From Candidatus Woesearchaeota archaeon (lineage in GTDB: Archaea > Nanobdellota > Nanobdellia > Woesearchaeales > ARS49), in NCBI GenBank assembly GCA_038868995.1, contig JAWCRZ010000005.1:4632-68631 (forward strand): a stretch of 64,000 nucleotides of DNA. The letters run 5' to 3'. A program made the translations under genes and the position numbers. Numbering within the stretch: position 1 is the stretch's first letter; each line of letters begins with the position of its first letter. The notes under the pieces were generated by a model that saw only the letters and a list, made by a program, of their open reading frames with translations, made no database searches and had not been told where the DNA came from. Shown here piece by piece: positions 47,601-56,244 of this stretch.

Positions 47601-48598
47601 CACAAACAGGTACAGACCAGGCACCTCAAACCGATTCAACACAATTCCAGACACAACAACAAACAAGCACACCTGAAGGAGCACAAACCATTAACCAACA
47701 GGCCAATCAAAATGATGCACAAAACGTGCAGACAGGCGGGGTAATTTTGCCAGCGGAACAAAATAAAGAAGAACAGATTCCGGAACTTGAAGTCGGAATA
47801 ACGGTGGCAGGCAAGAAAGTCATCAATGGCGAGTCTGTGAAAGTCAAGCCAGATGATGGATTTAGCGTAAAAATCGACCTGAAAAACAATGCTGCAGTTG
47901 AGAAGGAAATAGAAGTTGATGTTGGGATTCCAGATCTTGACCAGGAAGACGGCGATAGCGCTACCATTGCACCAGGTGATGAAGAAAGATTAACGTTTGA
48001 ATTTGAAATCCCCCGGCTTACTGACGATGACGAATATCCGCTGGAGATAAGCGTGAATGAGCTTGAATACGAAATAACGCTGAAAATTGAAAAGCCATCG
48101 CACGAAATCAACATCAGAAGCTTAACAATAGAGCCGGAAACAGTCCCTTGCGAGCAGACGAGTGCAAAACTCGGAATAAAAATAGAGAATACAGGCAAGG
48201 ACGACGAAGAAGGAAAAATAAAAGTGGAAAGCAGCACGCTGAATTTGCTTGATGAATGGCCATTTGACCTGCCACAAGGAGAAGTGCAAAGATTTGAAAA
48301 AACAATCAACGCTCTTGTTACAGGAAGCCACTACATACTCGTCACTGCATTATATGGAAGCAGAAAAGCGGAAGCCAGCAAGCAGGTTACTGTTGAAGAG
48401 TGCGTTCAACAGGAAACAACTTCAATGCAAATCGCGCCTGATGAAAGAATTGCGCTTGCTCTTACCAACAAGCAGGCAGCAGTCCCTGTAACTGCAGAAA
48501 CAAGCACAGAGAAAACAATGACTATAGTATTTCTGGTATTGACAGCCATATTCTCACTGCTGATTCTCGCGTTTGCAGTGCCGAGGATTCTCAGGTAA
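44624..48598 (+). CDS. giant (1324-aa) secreted protein: C25-like N-terminal region, cadherin-like repeats, low-complexity linker, CARDB-like region, C-terminal TM anchor
   Basis: Signal peptide LIVWIIVFALIINPALA. LLSYALYGNPF, repeat boundaries NRAPV/NRPPN/NRPPV with DPDN/DEDGD, and C-terminal IVFLVLTAIFSLLILAFAV. Confidence 0.75.
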   Translation: MNKLIVWIIVFALIINPALALSSVYESASVSRIVGDSPNEMLKQLKRNDLNLQSAGLFDSSLSPAVYALLYNSFPQSYAQNPANNWLQNSGKTLLVYNSQSPENTHTSNTFITTSSLPPIPNPESLAVVNTQYAGMALPKIDAFGDRLSAKATLIAPLSYSSTRFLEALLCNIGRNGGLPIGETFRLARNNYHWNTQDNSEIIGLGLLSYALYGNPFAEAKVAKFDNPARNAHCKNRLADFTVSTLASSQIISTPEGYQQTHTFGIQDYTIEQVYNYEIINSTDFELLYEPGEMVLPYKSLIFQFPLKTIITGYDVVFSDPVDIIADIPDWTGENYTSRTCNSKEQNQSATLDQVHSSDAQLVIAKINPVAVTDCEQGQFTLHKTVTITLTYYPYSPIRITGIDAPQEALPSEVKTIKVSIENTQNTPTTGTLVLKKNQEIISVKNISTTQSQHTLELYTPAEEGKYAYTIEFVQNNDAKTSTTFSTDVTILQARLEIPEGVEDSAEIKTYISNKMPSSISSTVTAHLIKKGQIISQESKNVQLGPGENLVSFEFTGLQKTEQQYDVLVTIPYENKIKTMAGILFTNHPPAIRNTNMIFKEGDIIKIDPIASDEDGDALTIAIVRQPFALDGSHTLDYDSSGEYTYTVEASDGTATVQQTFGILVQNTNRAPVLTTPERINGKENQTIIIQATATDQDNENTVDNDDNNVSITYGYPFDENGTYTPSYDESGEFDIIITASDGELSDSKIVRISIENVNRPPNLDDLTDITIKEGESIDLWKGSDPDNENEVSDDDNTLQFYFSGGPDGGPIDHFGRWQTDYEDSGAYPITVQVEDGELKAGKAITVTVLNVNRPPVISAPDVVHASGSVDLSQYVTDPDNINSVANDDNALTITYTSPFDSSGKWTPSQPDSAAQATITVSDGEFTVSKTIMVMVDVVGVQPAQSPPVPPEAPEANHENTSPPATTGTSAEQTTQQKSSADANDTEPPAQTTQTGTDQAPQTDSTQFQTQQQTSTPEGAQTINQQANQNDAQNVQTGGVILPAEQNKEEQIPELEVGITVAGKKVINGESVKVKPDDGFSVKIDLKNNAAVEKEIEVDVGIPDLDQEDGDSATIAPGDEERLTFEFEIPRLTDDDEYPLEISVNELEYEITLKIEKPSHEINIRSLTIEPETVPCEQTSAKLGIKIENTGKDDEEGKIKVESSTLNLLDEWPFDLPQGEVQRFEKTINALVTGSHYILVTALYGSRKAEASKQVTVEECVQQETTSMQIAPDERIALALTNKQAAVPVTAETSTEKTMTIVFLVLTAIFSLLILAFAVPRILR

Positions 48599-48629
48599 CT
48601 AACAAGCTTTTTATAGTACAACGTGCACA

Positions 48630-49280
48630 TTGGCAACCATGCAAAAAGAGCTGCTGATGATACTTCTCATTGTAGGACTTCCGACATTCTTCATTATGAG
48701 CTTTGGGCCGGCATTATCAGGCGCAGTTGTGAACGAGGTCTCAGAAATGCGAGTTGAAAGAATCAACCTCGCGCTGCAATTCCCGCAATATACCATACCG
48801 ATGCTCAAACAGCCAACATACGACACGCGAAAATATCTGATACAAGGGGCAAATGAACGCTATTACGGACCACAAGGACTAATTGATGCCCAAGGATTTT
48901 TCTTTCAGGAAATGCAGCTTATTCCAGCACTTTTGCAGCTAATGTGCCTATACCAATACGGCGAGCCAAACCAGGGATTATACACAAGCATACAAGGAGT
49001 TCAGGTGCATCTCATCAACAATATGTGGTACAACAAGCAAATACCTTATCTCGGAAAAGTGATATGCGATCCAATAGCGCAGGACGCGGCACACCGTACG
49101 CTGTCAAAAGTATTTGAGAACGACTTTAAACTTGTAGCATACACAATAGAAAAGAGCAACTGTCCTGAACCTGCAAAAGCAGTCCTGCAGACATCAAAAG
49201 AATATTACTCAATGGGAGAGTATGAAATGGCGCTTGATTATCTGAAGACAGCAGTCACAAGGGCAAGCGCGTGCACATGA
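48630..49280 (+). CDS. hypothetical protein with N-terminal TM helix
   Basis: 216-aa ORF (TTG at 48630 or ATG at 48639) preceded by TATA-like TTTTTATAG. Confidence 0.5.
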   Translation: MATMQKELLMILLIVGLPTFFIMSFGPALSGAVVNEVSEMRVERINLALQFPQYTIPMLKQPTYDTRKYLIQGANERYYGPQGLIDAQGFFFQEMQLIPALLQLMCLYQYGEPNQGLYTSIQGVQVHLINNMWYNKQIPYLGKVICDPIAQDAAHRTLSKVFENDFKLVAYTIEKSNCPEPAKAVLQTSKEYYSMGEYEMALDYLKTAVTRASACT

Positions 49281-49846
49281 AGTTTTCACACATTGAAATT
49301 CACGAATTGTTGAAAGCATGGATAGGTGTTTCACTGGTATTTGCAATAGCAATGGTGGGGCTGAAAAGCGCCCTTTTTGTTGCACTGCCTATTGCGCTGG
49401 TAACAGGAGGAATAGGGTTTCTGCTTCATGAGCTTGCGCACAAGTACGTCGCACAGCGGTACAGGTGCTGGGCGGAATTCAAGGCAAACAACGGAGCACT
49501 GCTGATTGGATTGATTTTAAGCTTTTTTGGTTTCATTCTTCTGGCGCCAGGTGGCGTCTATATACGCGGCGCCACCAGAAGCCAACACGGAAAAATAGCG
49601 CTTGCGGGGCCTTTGATGAATGTAGTGCTGGCAGTTTTGTTTATCTTGGCTGGCAACTTTTCAGCAGGAGCGCTAATGACTGAAATAGCACAATTCGGAG
49701 CGCAAATAAACTCCCTGCTTGGCATATTCAATTTAATACCGATTTTTCCGTTTGATGGCAGGAGTGTCTGGCAGTGGAACAAAGCGGCATATCTTCTTTC
49801 GGCTGCTGCTGCAGGGGCGTTGACACTTTTTTCATTAGCAGTTTAG
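49271..49846 (+). CDS. site-2 protease-like M50 metallopeptidase
   Basis: HELAHKY zinc motif and NLIPIFPFDG motif in a polytopic membrane protein. Confidence 0.75.
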   Translation: MHMKFSHIEIHELLKAWIGVSLVFAIAMVGLKSALFVALPIALVTGGIGFLLHELAHKYVAQRYRCWAEFKANNGALLIGLILSFFGFILLAPGGVYIRGATRSQHGKIALAGPLMNVVLAVLFILAGNFSAGALMTEIAQFGAQINSLLGIFNLIPIFPFDGRSVWQWNKAAYLLSAAAAGALTLFSLAV

Positions 49847-50162
49847 CTATCAAGGGTTCATATTTCTTCAACTTAACATTGTCGATATTGTACAATTGAA
49901 TCCATTGATAAATCATCCTGCCAGCAGCAACCTGCTGTGCCGCATGGCGCAAAGCATCACACGCTTTGCCAATATCCTTCACAACATCAGCACTCGTGTT
50001 CATGTCAACAAGAACGTACTGCTCAACACGTTCAGGAGTCCTTATTTCAAGGTCAATATTTGGCAAACCTTTGGGAATTTTGTATTCCGGATTATGGTTG
50101 ACATATGTCGCAGCAGAACCATACCTTTTGATTATATCATCGATGCATTCATGCTTGTTCAT
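49728..50162 (-). CDS. hypothetical protein
   Basis: 144-aa ORF with ATGA overlap to the upstream TPR-like gene. Its 3' end overlaps the convergent M50 gene by 119 nt. Confidence 0.45.
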   Translation of the reverse strand: MNKHECIDDIIKRYGSAATYVNHNPEYKIPKGLPNIDLEIRTPERVEQYVLVDMNTSADVVKDIGKACDALRHAAQQVAAGRMIYQWIQLYNIDNVKLKKYEPLIAKLLMKKVSTPLQQQPKEDMPLCSTARHSCHQTEKSVLN

Positions 50163-51325
50163 TTCTTTTCATACCTGGCTTTCAATACCTCGTAAAATTT
50201 CTCTGGTTTGTCAACAACAATGCTCTTGTTCCGTATCATAACATGATAATACTGCCTGTCAAGGCGAGGCAAACCATTGTTCAATCCCCCATTAAGATTC
50301 TCATACACTTTTTCCAAACGCTGCAAGGCAGCTTCACGCTTCTCATCATTTTTAGCTATCTGATAATCAACCGTGCCTGCCAAAAACACCGCATACAGCG
50401 GCCAGGTAAAATTCCGGTCATTCCACTTCTCTTTTTTAAGCTCAACAGACCATTTCTCTTCAAACAACAGATAGAACAGCTCCACTACTTTGCCGTCATC
50501 GTCCTTTCTGCTGTTAAAAACCGGCAATCTGCCCATTTCACGCATCTCGTCATACGCGGCAATAATGCCATCTGCGAGTTTTGCACGCTTTATTTCTGGC
50601 TTGATTTCCTTCAAACGGTCGAGCTCATCCATAACATTGCCGATTTCCCCCTTTGCAGAGTACATCGCTACAATGAATTTGTAGCCATCAACATTCTCCG
50701 GCTCCAACCGGACATATTCACGCATTGCTTCAATCGCCTCGTCAAATCTCGCAAAACGTGATAATGAAATCCCCATGCACCTCCATGCCCGCGCGTTATC
50801 CCTGGACGAATGGACGATTTTCTCACACTGTTCAATGGCAGTTTCATACAATTTCTTCGCAACAAAACGCGCCTGCTCTTTTGTCTCAATTCCATACTTC
50901 GCAAGAGTTTTCCGGGTTTCAGCATCATTCTGGAAATTCCAGCAAGCCTGCGCAGTTCCAAAACTCACCGATGCAACTGTTTCACGGCATTCCAGAAGCT
51001 TTTTCTCATATTCAGGAACTTTCTTTGCCTTCAGCACGCTTTCCCAACGCGGAATTGCGAGAAAATGGTCTATTTTTGCATTGCCATCGCCCTGAAAGTT
51101 GCGTTCGGTGTAAATCTGAGCGACTAATTCATCGATTGCCAGCGATGGCCTGGTTTTCTCTTCTTCGAGGAGCAGCTGCAGGGCTTCATCATACTTTTTC
51201 TGCTTGTACAACTTATCCGCCTCATCGACTTTGCCCGCATCCTGGATTAAAATACAGTGCGCCGGGTGCGCAATTACCGGAGAACCAAGAAACATTGCGC
51301 TTGCAAAAATTTCAATCAGCTTCAT
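50159..51325 (-). CDS. secreted TPR-like helical-repeat protein
   Basis: Start re-assigned to MKLIEIFASAMFLGSPVIA (signal-peptide-like). This places the ATG 36 nt downstream of the TATA box at 51361-51368. Confidence 0.6.
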   Translation of the reverse strand: MKLIEIFASAMFLGSPVIAHPAHCILIQDAGKVDEADKLYKQKKYDEALQLLLEEEKTRPSLAIDELVAQIYTERNFQGDGNAKIDHFLAIPRWESVLKAKKVPEYEKKLLECRETVASVSFGTAQACWNFQNDAETRKTLAKYGIETKEQARFVAKKLYETAIEQCEKIVHSSRDNARAWRCMGISLSRFARFDEAIEAMREYVRLEPENVDGYKFIVAMYSAKGEIGNVMDELDRLKEIKPEIKRAKLADGIIAAYDEMREMGRLPVFNSRKDDDGKVVELFYLLFEEKWSVELKKEKWNDRNFTWPLYAVFLAGTVDYQIAKNDEKREAALQRLEKVYENLNGGLNNGLPRLDRQYYHVMIRNKSIVVDKPEKFYEVLKARYEKK

Positions 51326-51360
51326 CCCATCACCCACTATGCGGTTGGTAAATTGGACAG

Positions 51361-51368
51361 TTTTTAAA
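51361..51368 (-). promoter_or_regulatory. TATA box (TTTAAAAA on the minus strand)
   Basis: Lies 13 nt from the MITE copy 6 end. Confidence 0.5.
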
Positions 51369-51381
51369 GCTTGCGACATAA

Positions 51382-51513
51382 CGGTGCTGTCAACTTAATG
51401 GTGCCGCGGCTGGTCTTTGACTGACTTTTCTTCTCCCCTTGCAAGTGCGGGGAGAGAAAAGTCACCTCGACAACGTCGAGGCGCGCGGCCAGCACCAGAG
51501 GGTTGGCTTAACC
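51382..51513 (-). mobile_element. MITE-like element copy 6 (subfamily B)
   Basis: 132 bp. The reverse complement reads GGTTAAGCCAAC...GTTGACAGCACCG. Flanked by CGACATAA / CGACAAAA. Confidence 0.85.
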
Positions 51514-51538
51514 CGACAAAAAATATTAAAGCAGCCCT

Positions 51539-51976
51539 GTGTGCGTTTTTGGCATGCGTGAAAAACCAAAATGCTATTGGGCGTCAATGAAGACAAATGA
51601 TTTGTTTGAAAAGCGCGCCATCCGAGGAGATGCTTTTGTTTTGCGCCTGACAGCAACAAATGCTGATTTGAGGGTTAAAGCGTGCTATGATTTCAAAACA
51701 GACAGCCTTGCGCTGCTCTTCGGTTGCAATGGGGATTTCAAACTTCTTTCAAACATGGAAAGCGTGATAGCGAATTGGGAGCGGTCAGGGCGCAAACTGC
51801 CTTTTCATCTTTACATGAAAGACATAAAGAATGATTTGGAGCGACGCCTTGAAATTGAAAAAATACACTATTCGGATATTGCATCAGCAGCCACCCGCGA
51901 TGTGCCTGAAGGCTATTGCGCATATTTCACAATTTCATTACATGATCTGATTGATTTATACTTTGATTTGTCATAG
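51539..51976 (+). CDS. hypothetical protein
   Basis: 145-aa ORF. Internal ATGs at 51554 and 51587 are alternative starts. Confidence 0.45.
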   Translation: MCVFGMREKPKCYWASMKTNDLFEKRAIRGDAFVLRLTATNADLRVKACYDFKTDSLALLFGCNGDFKLLSNMESVIANWERSGRKLPFHLYMKDIKNDLERRLEIEKIHYSDIASAATRDVPEGYCAYFTISLHDLIDLYFDLS

Positions 51977-52056
51977 CACTGGGCAATCTCGCGCAAACTT
52001 TTTATAACGCCCGAATGAAGTGGATTGCAGTGCAGCAACTATTAATTATTTTCAAT

Positions 52057-55000
52057 ATGGAAAGTAATAAATTGTTGACGTGGAAGGAAAAGCCCAACAC
52101 CAAGGCAGAGGTAGATGCCATACTCAATCCAACAATCAAAAAATGGTTCTATTCCCGCTTCCCAAACTACTCGCTACCGCAGTTGTATGGAGTTCTTGAA
52201 ATACATTCGCGCAACAACATACTGGTTTCAGCACCAACAGGAGCGACAAAAACGCTCACAGGATTTTTATCAATTCTGAACGAACTTGTGGACTCCGCAG
52301 AAAAAGATGCTTTGCAGGACAAAGTATATGCGGTGTACATATCACCATTGAAAGCGCTCTCAAACGACATTTCAAAAAACCTGAAAGAACCGCTTGCGCA
52401 AATCGAGGAAATTGCTGGCAGGAATTTAGGCATCCGCGTAGCAGTGAGAACAGGAGATACCACAGCTACGGAGAAAAGCAAAATGCTCAAACACCCGCCC
52501 CACATACTGATTACAACGCCTGAAAGTTTGAGCATCATGCTTGCTTCACCAAAATTCCGGGAGCATCTCAAAAATGTTGAATGGTGCATTGTAGATGAGA
52601 TTCACGCCCTTGCAGAAAACAAAAGAGGAGCGGATTTGTCATTATCCCTTGAAAGATTGCAGAACTTGTCAGGGCACATGTGCCGAGTCGGGCTGTCTGC
52701 AACAATTGCACCAATAGACCAGATTGCGCATTATCTCGCAGGCAACGGCAGGCCGTGCAAGATTATTGAAATACAATTTCTGAAGAATCTTGATTTGAAA
52801 GTTCTTTCTCCTGTTGACAATCTAATAGATACTCCCCATGGAATTGCGCACAATGCAATGTATGCTTTAATTGATGAATTAATTCAGCAGCACAGAACAA
52901 CGCTTGTCTTTACAAACACCCGCGCTGCCACAGAAAGAGTTGTCGACCATTTGAAGTCACGCTTTCCAAAAAAATACGTCGGCAACATTGGTGCCCACCA
53001 TGGCAGCATGAGCAAGCGCATGCGCCTTGAAATTGAGGACAAACTGCGAAAAGGAGAACTGAAAGCAGTCGTCTGCTCAACATCGCTTGAACTCGGCATT
53101 GACATCGGTTATATCGACCTTGTCATCTGCCTTGGCTCGCCAAAATCAGTTGCGCGCTTTTTGCAAAGAGCAGGCAGAAGCGGTCATAAACTGCATGAGA
53201 CAGTCAAAGCGCGCATTATCGTAATGGACAGAGACGACCTTGTTGAATGCGCTGTATTATTGAAATGCGCCATTGAGAAAAAAATAGACAAAATACACAT
53301 TCCAACCAACGCGCTCGATGTACTCGCACAGCAGCTAATAGGAATGGCCTTAGAACAGGTCTGGGAAGAAAAGGAACTCTATGATGTCGTGCGCAAAAGC
53401 TACTGCTATCGTGATTTAAAATTAAATGATTTCAACCAGATTCTCAGCTATCTTGCAGGTGAATTTGCAGACCTTGAAGACAGAAGCATCTACGCAAAAA
53501 TCTGGCGTGAAGATGGCAAAATCGGCAAAAGAGGAAAAATGGGCAGGGTCATCTACATGACGAACGTTGGCACAATTCCAGATGAGACATTTGTGACTGT
53601 GAAAGTCGGCACTGAAACAGTAGGAATGCTCGACGAGGGATTTGTAGAACGCCTGAAACCAGGAGACGTATTTGTGCTTGGCGGTGAAACATACATGTTC
53701 AAATTCACACGAGGCATGGTCGCCCAGGTCTCAACATCTGTCAACAGACCTCCAACTGTACCTTCATGGGTAAGTGAAATGCTTCCACTCAATTTTGATT
53801 TGGCAAATGAAATCGGACGCTTCAGAAGATTAATGATGGAACGGTTTGCTGCAGGAGAAAATAAAACTGCCATAATCAATTTTATCAATGAACATTTGTA
53901 TGTTGATGAAAAAGCAGCAAATGCAATTTATGAATATTTCAAAGAACAATATGATTACTGCAAGCAGATTCCAAACGATAAAACAATCCTGATTGAATAT
54001 TATAATGACGAGCGCGAACAAAAAATAATATTTCATTCACTGTTTGGCAGACGCGTAAATGACTGCCTGAGCAGAGCTGTTGCATTTGCGCTTTCAAGGA
54101 CTGAGCATAAAGATGTCGAAATTGGCATAAATGATAATGGATTTTATATTAGTGGAACAAAAAAACTTAATCCCGTAAAAGCAATCAAACTGCTGAAATC
54201 AGACAAATTAGACATGGTAATGAGCACTGCCATAGAAAAAAGCGAAGTGTTCAAAAGACGATTCAGGCATTGCGCAACACGCTCGCTCATGATACTGCGC
54301 AATTATATGGGCAGGCAGAAAAGAGTCGGCAGGCAGCAGGTTAGTTCAATGATATTGATGAACGCCCTAAAACAGCTTGACCCTGATTTTTCAATTTTGA
54401 ATGAGGCGAAAAGAGAATGCCTTGAAGACCTGATGGATATAGAAAGCACCAAAAAAGTCCTGCAAGGCATAGAAAATGGCACTATAAAGCTTGTTGAAAT
54501 AGAAACAAAAATTCCATCGCCATTCGCTTTGAACTTGGCTTTAATGGGCTATATGGATGTTCTCCGTATCGAAGACAAATATGAGTTTTTGCGCAGAATG
54601 CACGAACAGATTCTGGCGAAAATATCAGGCAAGGAAGCGAAAGCGGTAAGCGGCAGCTCGTTTGTAGAAAAATCAAAAGAAGAACGCAATGAATTTAAAG
54701 AAATATTGAAACGTGAAGCGTGGAACCTGAAAAAAGTCCCGAAATTCGCAAAAGCAGAATTAGTAAGAATAATTGACGGTGAGCGAAGCAACATAGACCC
54801 GCACTTTATCGAAGGATGTAAAAAATACCAAAAAGAAATAGAAGCAAGCTGGCCTGAAGAACTCAAGAAATTCTTGTTTACAGTTCTTGAAGACCTGAAA
54901 ACAGGAGATTTTTCCTACGAGGACTTCTGGAACGAAGAAAGCGCCAAAGAAGAAGAAAAAAACGAACAGGAAAAGCAAAAATTATTCGAGCAATTCAACG

Positions 55001-55191
55001 AGGCAGCGAAAAGGGCAAAATTGGACCCGCAAATACGCTATGATGTCTACAAAATGATAGCTGGCGACAAGGAAGGATTCAGGGATGATACGATAAAATG
55101 GATGAAACAATTGTTCTCCAAAGCAGTGCCACGAATGTGGCATGATGACATAGCCAGATTCTTGCAGAAAAAACTAAAGGAATTATCTTAA
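52057..55191 (+). CDS. lhr: Lhr-like large ATP-dependent helicase
   Basis: APTGATKT, VDEIHAL, SAT, HHGSMS and QRAGRSGH, followed by a long Lhr-type C-terminal extension. Start moved to MESNKLL downstream of TATA-like CTTTTTATAA. Confidence 0.85.
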   Translation: MESNKLLTWKEKPNTKAEVDAILNPTIKKWFYSRFPNYSLPQLYGVLEIHSRNNILVSAPTGATKTLTGFLSILNELVDSAEKDALQDKVYAVYISPLKALSNDISKNLKEPLAQIEEIAGRNLGIRVAVRTGDTTATEKSKMLKHPPHILITTPESLSIMLASPKFREHLKNVEWCIVDEIHALAENKRGADLSLSLERLQNLSGHMCRVGLSATIAPIDQIAHYLAGNGRPCKIIEIQFLKNLDLKVLSPVDNLIDTPHGIAHNAMYALIDELIQQHRTTLVFTNTRAATERVVDHLKSRFPKKYVGNIGAHHGSMSKRMRLEIEDKLRKGELKAVVCSTSLELGIDIGYIDLVICLGSPKSVARFLQRAGRSGHKLHETVKARIIVMDRDDLVECAVLLKCAIEKKIDKIHIPTNALDVLAQQLIGMALEQVWEEKELYDVVRKSYCYRDLKLNDFNQILSYLAGEFADLEDRSIYAKIWREDGKIGKRGKMGRVIYMTNVGTIPDETFVTVKVGTETVGMLDEGFVERLKPGDVFVLGGETYMFKFTRGMVAQVSTSVNRPPTVPSWVSEMLPLNFDLANEIGRFRRLMMERFAAGENKTAIINFINEHLYVDEKAANAIYEYFKEQYDYCKQIPNDKTILIEYYNDEREQKIIFHSLFGRRVNDCLSRAVAFALSRTEHKDVEIGINDNGFYISGTKKLNPVKAIKLLKSDKLDMVMSTAIEKSEVFKRRFRHCATRSLMILRNYMGRQKRVGRQQVSSMILMNALKQLDPDFSILNEAKRECLEDLMDIESTKKVLQGIENGTIKLVEIETKIPSPFALNLALMGYMDVLRIEDKYEFLRRMHEQILAKISGKEAKAVSGSSFVEKSKEERNEFKEILKREAWNLKKVPKFAKAELVRIIDGERSNIDPHFIEGCKKYQKEIEASWPEELKKFLFTVLEDLKTGDFSYEDFWNEESAKEEEKNEQEKQKLFEQFNEAAKRAKLDPQIRYDVYKMIAGDKEGFRDDTIKWMKQLFSKAVPRMWHDDIARFLQKKLKELS

Positions 55192-55368
55192 ATGCAAGTC
55201 CTTATGCAGGCAATTCACTCATTTTTACCACCTTAAGCGCAATTGCGCTCTGCGAATCCATTTGGTTCATTTAACAAATTTAGTATATAGATATTTCATT
55301 CTTTGCCACTGATTGGTGATTATATTTGATGTAGCAGGTTAATATAGCCAACAACCAAGTCTTATATC

Positions 55369-56241
55369 ATGATAACAATAGTGGGTGCTGGCAAGTTCGG
55401 GCAGGCGATATCAAAACTTCTGGGCAGCAATAAGCACCAGCTTGTTGACATTGAAAAAGATGGCACGTATTCTCCCGCTACAGTTGAAAAAATCAAGAAA
55501 GCTGATTATCTTGTTTTGTGCGTTCCGTCAGGCAACCTTGATGACTGCGTGAATATGCTTTCAGGCATTGTAAGACAGGACGCGAAAATACTATCCTGCA
55601 CCAAAGGAATATATGACAATCTCAAAACACCAAGTGAAGTCATCAAAACGCAAATAAACAATCCCTTAGCGGCTCTGATGGGACCAAACCTGGCAATTGA
55701 AATAATGGAAGGCAGACCCGCGATGGCGGTAATCGCTGGAGACAACGCTCAAGAATGGGCGCGCTTTTTCTCAGTAAACAACTTCAAAGTAATACTTGGA
55801 ACAGACACTGTCGGAATAGAGTTCGGCGGTGCCATCAAGAACATTGTAGCGCTTGGGGCGGGACTGCTTGATGGTTATTATGAAACCAACACGTGCAACA
55901 CTATGGGGAGCTTTGTTGCATTCGCATTACGCGAAATACAGCATTTGTACAAGCACAAGTCAAATTCTGAAATTCCAGAATTAAGCTTTATCGGTGACCT
56001 TTTTGCCACATGCATGTCTGAAAACTCACGCAACCACCAGTTTGGGCACAAATTCGGCATTGCATTAAGAGAGGGAAAACCTTTACCAAAGCCGGAGCAG
56101 ACGGTTGAAGGTTACAGGACACTGCAAATTGTACAGAAATATTCTGAAAAAAATAAAATTGCAATGCCAACCATAACTGCACTGTACAACGTATTTTTCA
56201 AAAATGGAAAAGTTGAAGATATTATAGCAACATGGAGGTAA
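55369..56241 (+). CDS. gpsA: NAD(P)H-dependent glycerol-3-phosphate dehydrogenase (bacterial GpsA type)
   Basis: IVGAGKFG, GPNLAIEI, GGAIKNIVALGAG and SENSRNHQFG. Confidence 0.75.
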   Translation: MITIVGAGKFGQAISKLLGSNKHQLVDIEKDGTYSPATVEKIKKADYLVLCVPSGNLDDCVNMLSGIVRQDAKILSCTKGIYDNLKTPSEVIKTQINNPLAALMGPNLAIEIMEGRPAMAVIAGDNAQEWARFFSVNNFKVILGTDTVGIEFGGAIKNIVALGAGLLDGYYETNTCNTMGSFVAFALREIQHLYKHKSNSEIPELSFIGDLFATCMSENSRNHQFGHKFGIALREGKPLPKPEQTVEGYRTLQIVQKYSEKNKIAMPTITALYNVFFKNGKVEDIIATWR

Positions 56242-56244
56242 ATT

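Noticed and set aside
50243-51351. Plus-strand ORFs of 172, 208, 106 and 105 aa.
   Set aside because: All are antisense to the TPR-like gene and have no motif or start context.
4585-51513. The repeated ~130-nt element might be a CRISPR repeat, a tRNA-like gene or a 5'-UTR riboswitch/leader.
   Set aside because: Copies are dispersed rather than regularly spaced, and there is no cloverleaf. Each copy has flanking target duplications. The TATA box lies downstream of the element, so the element is not part of the downstream gene's transcript.
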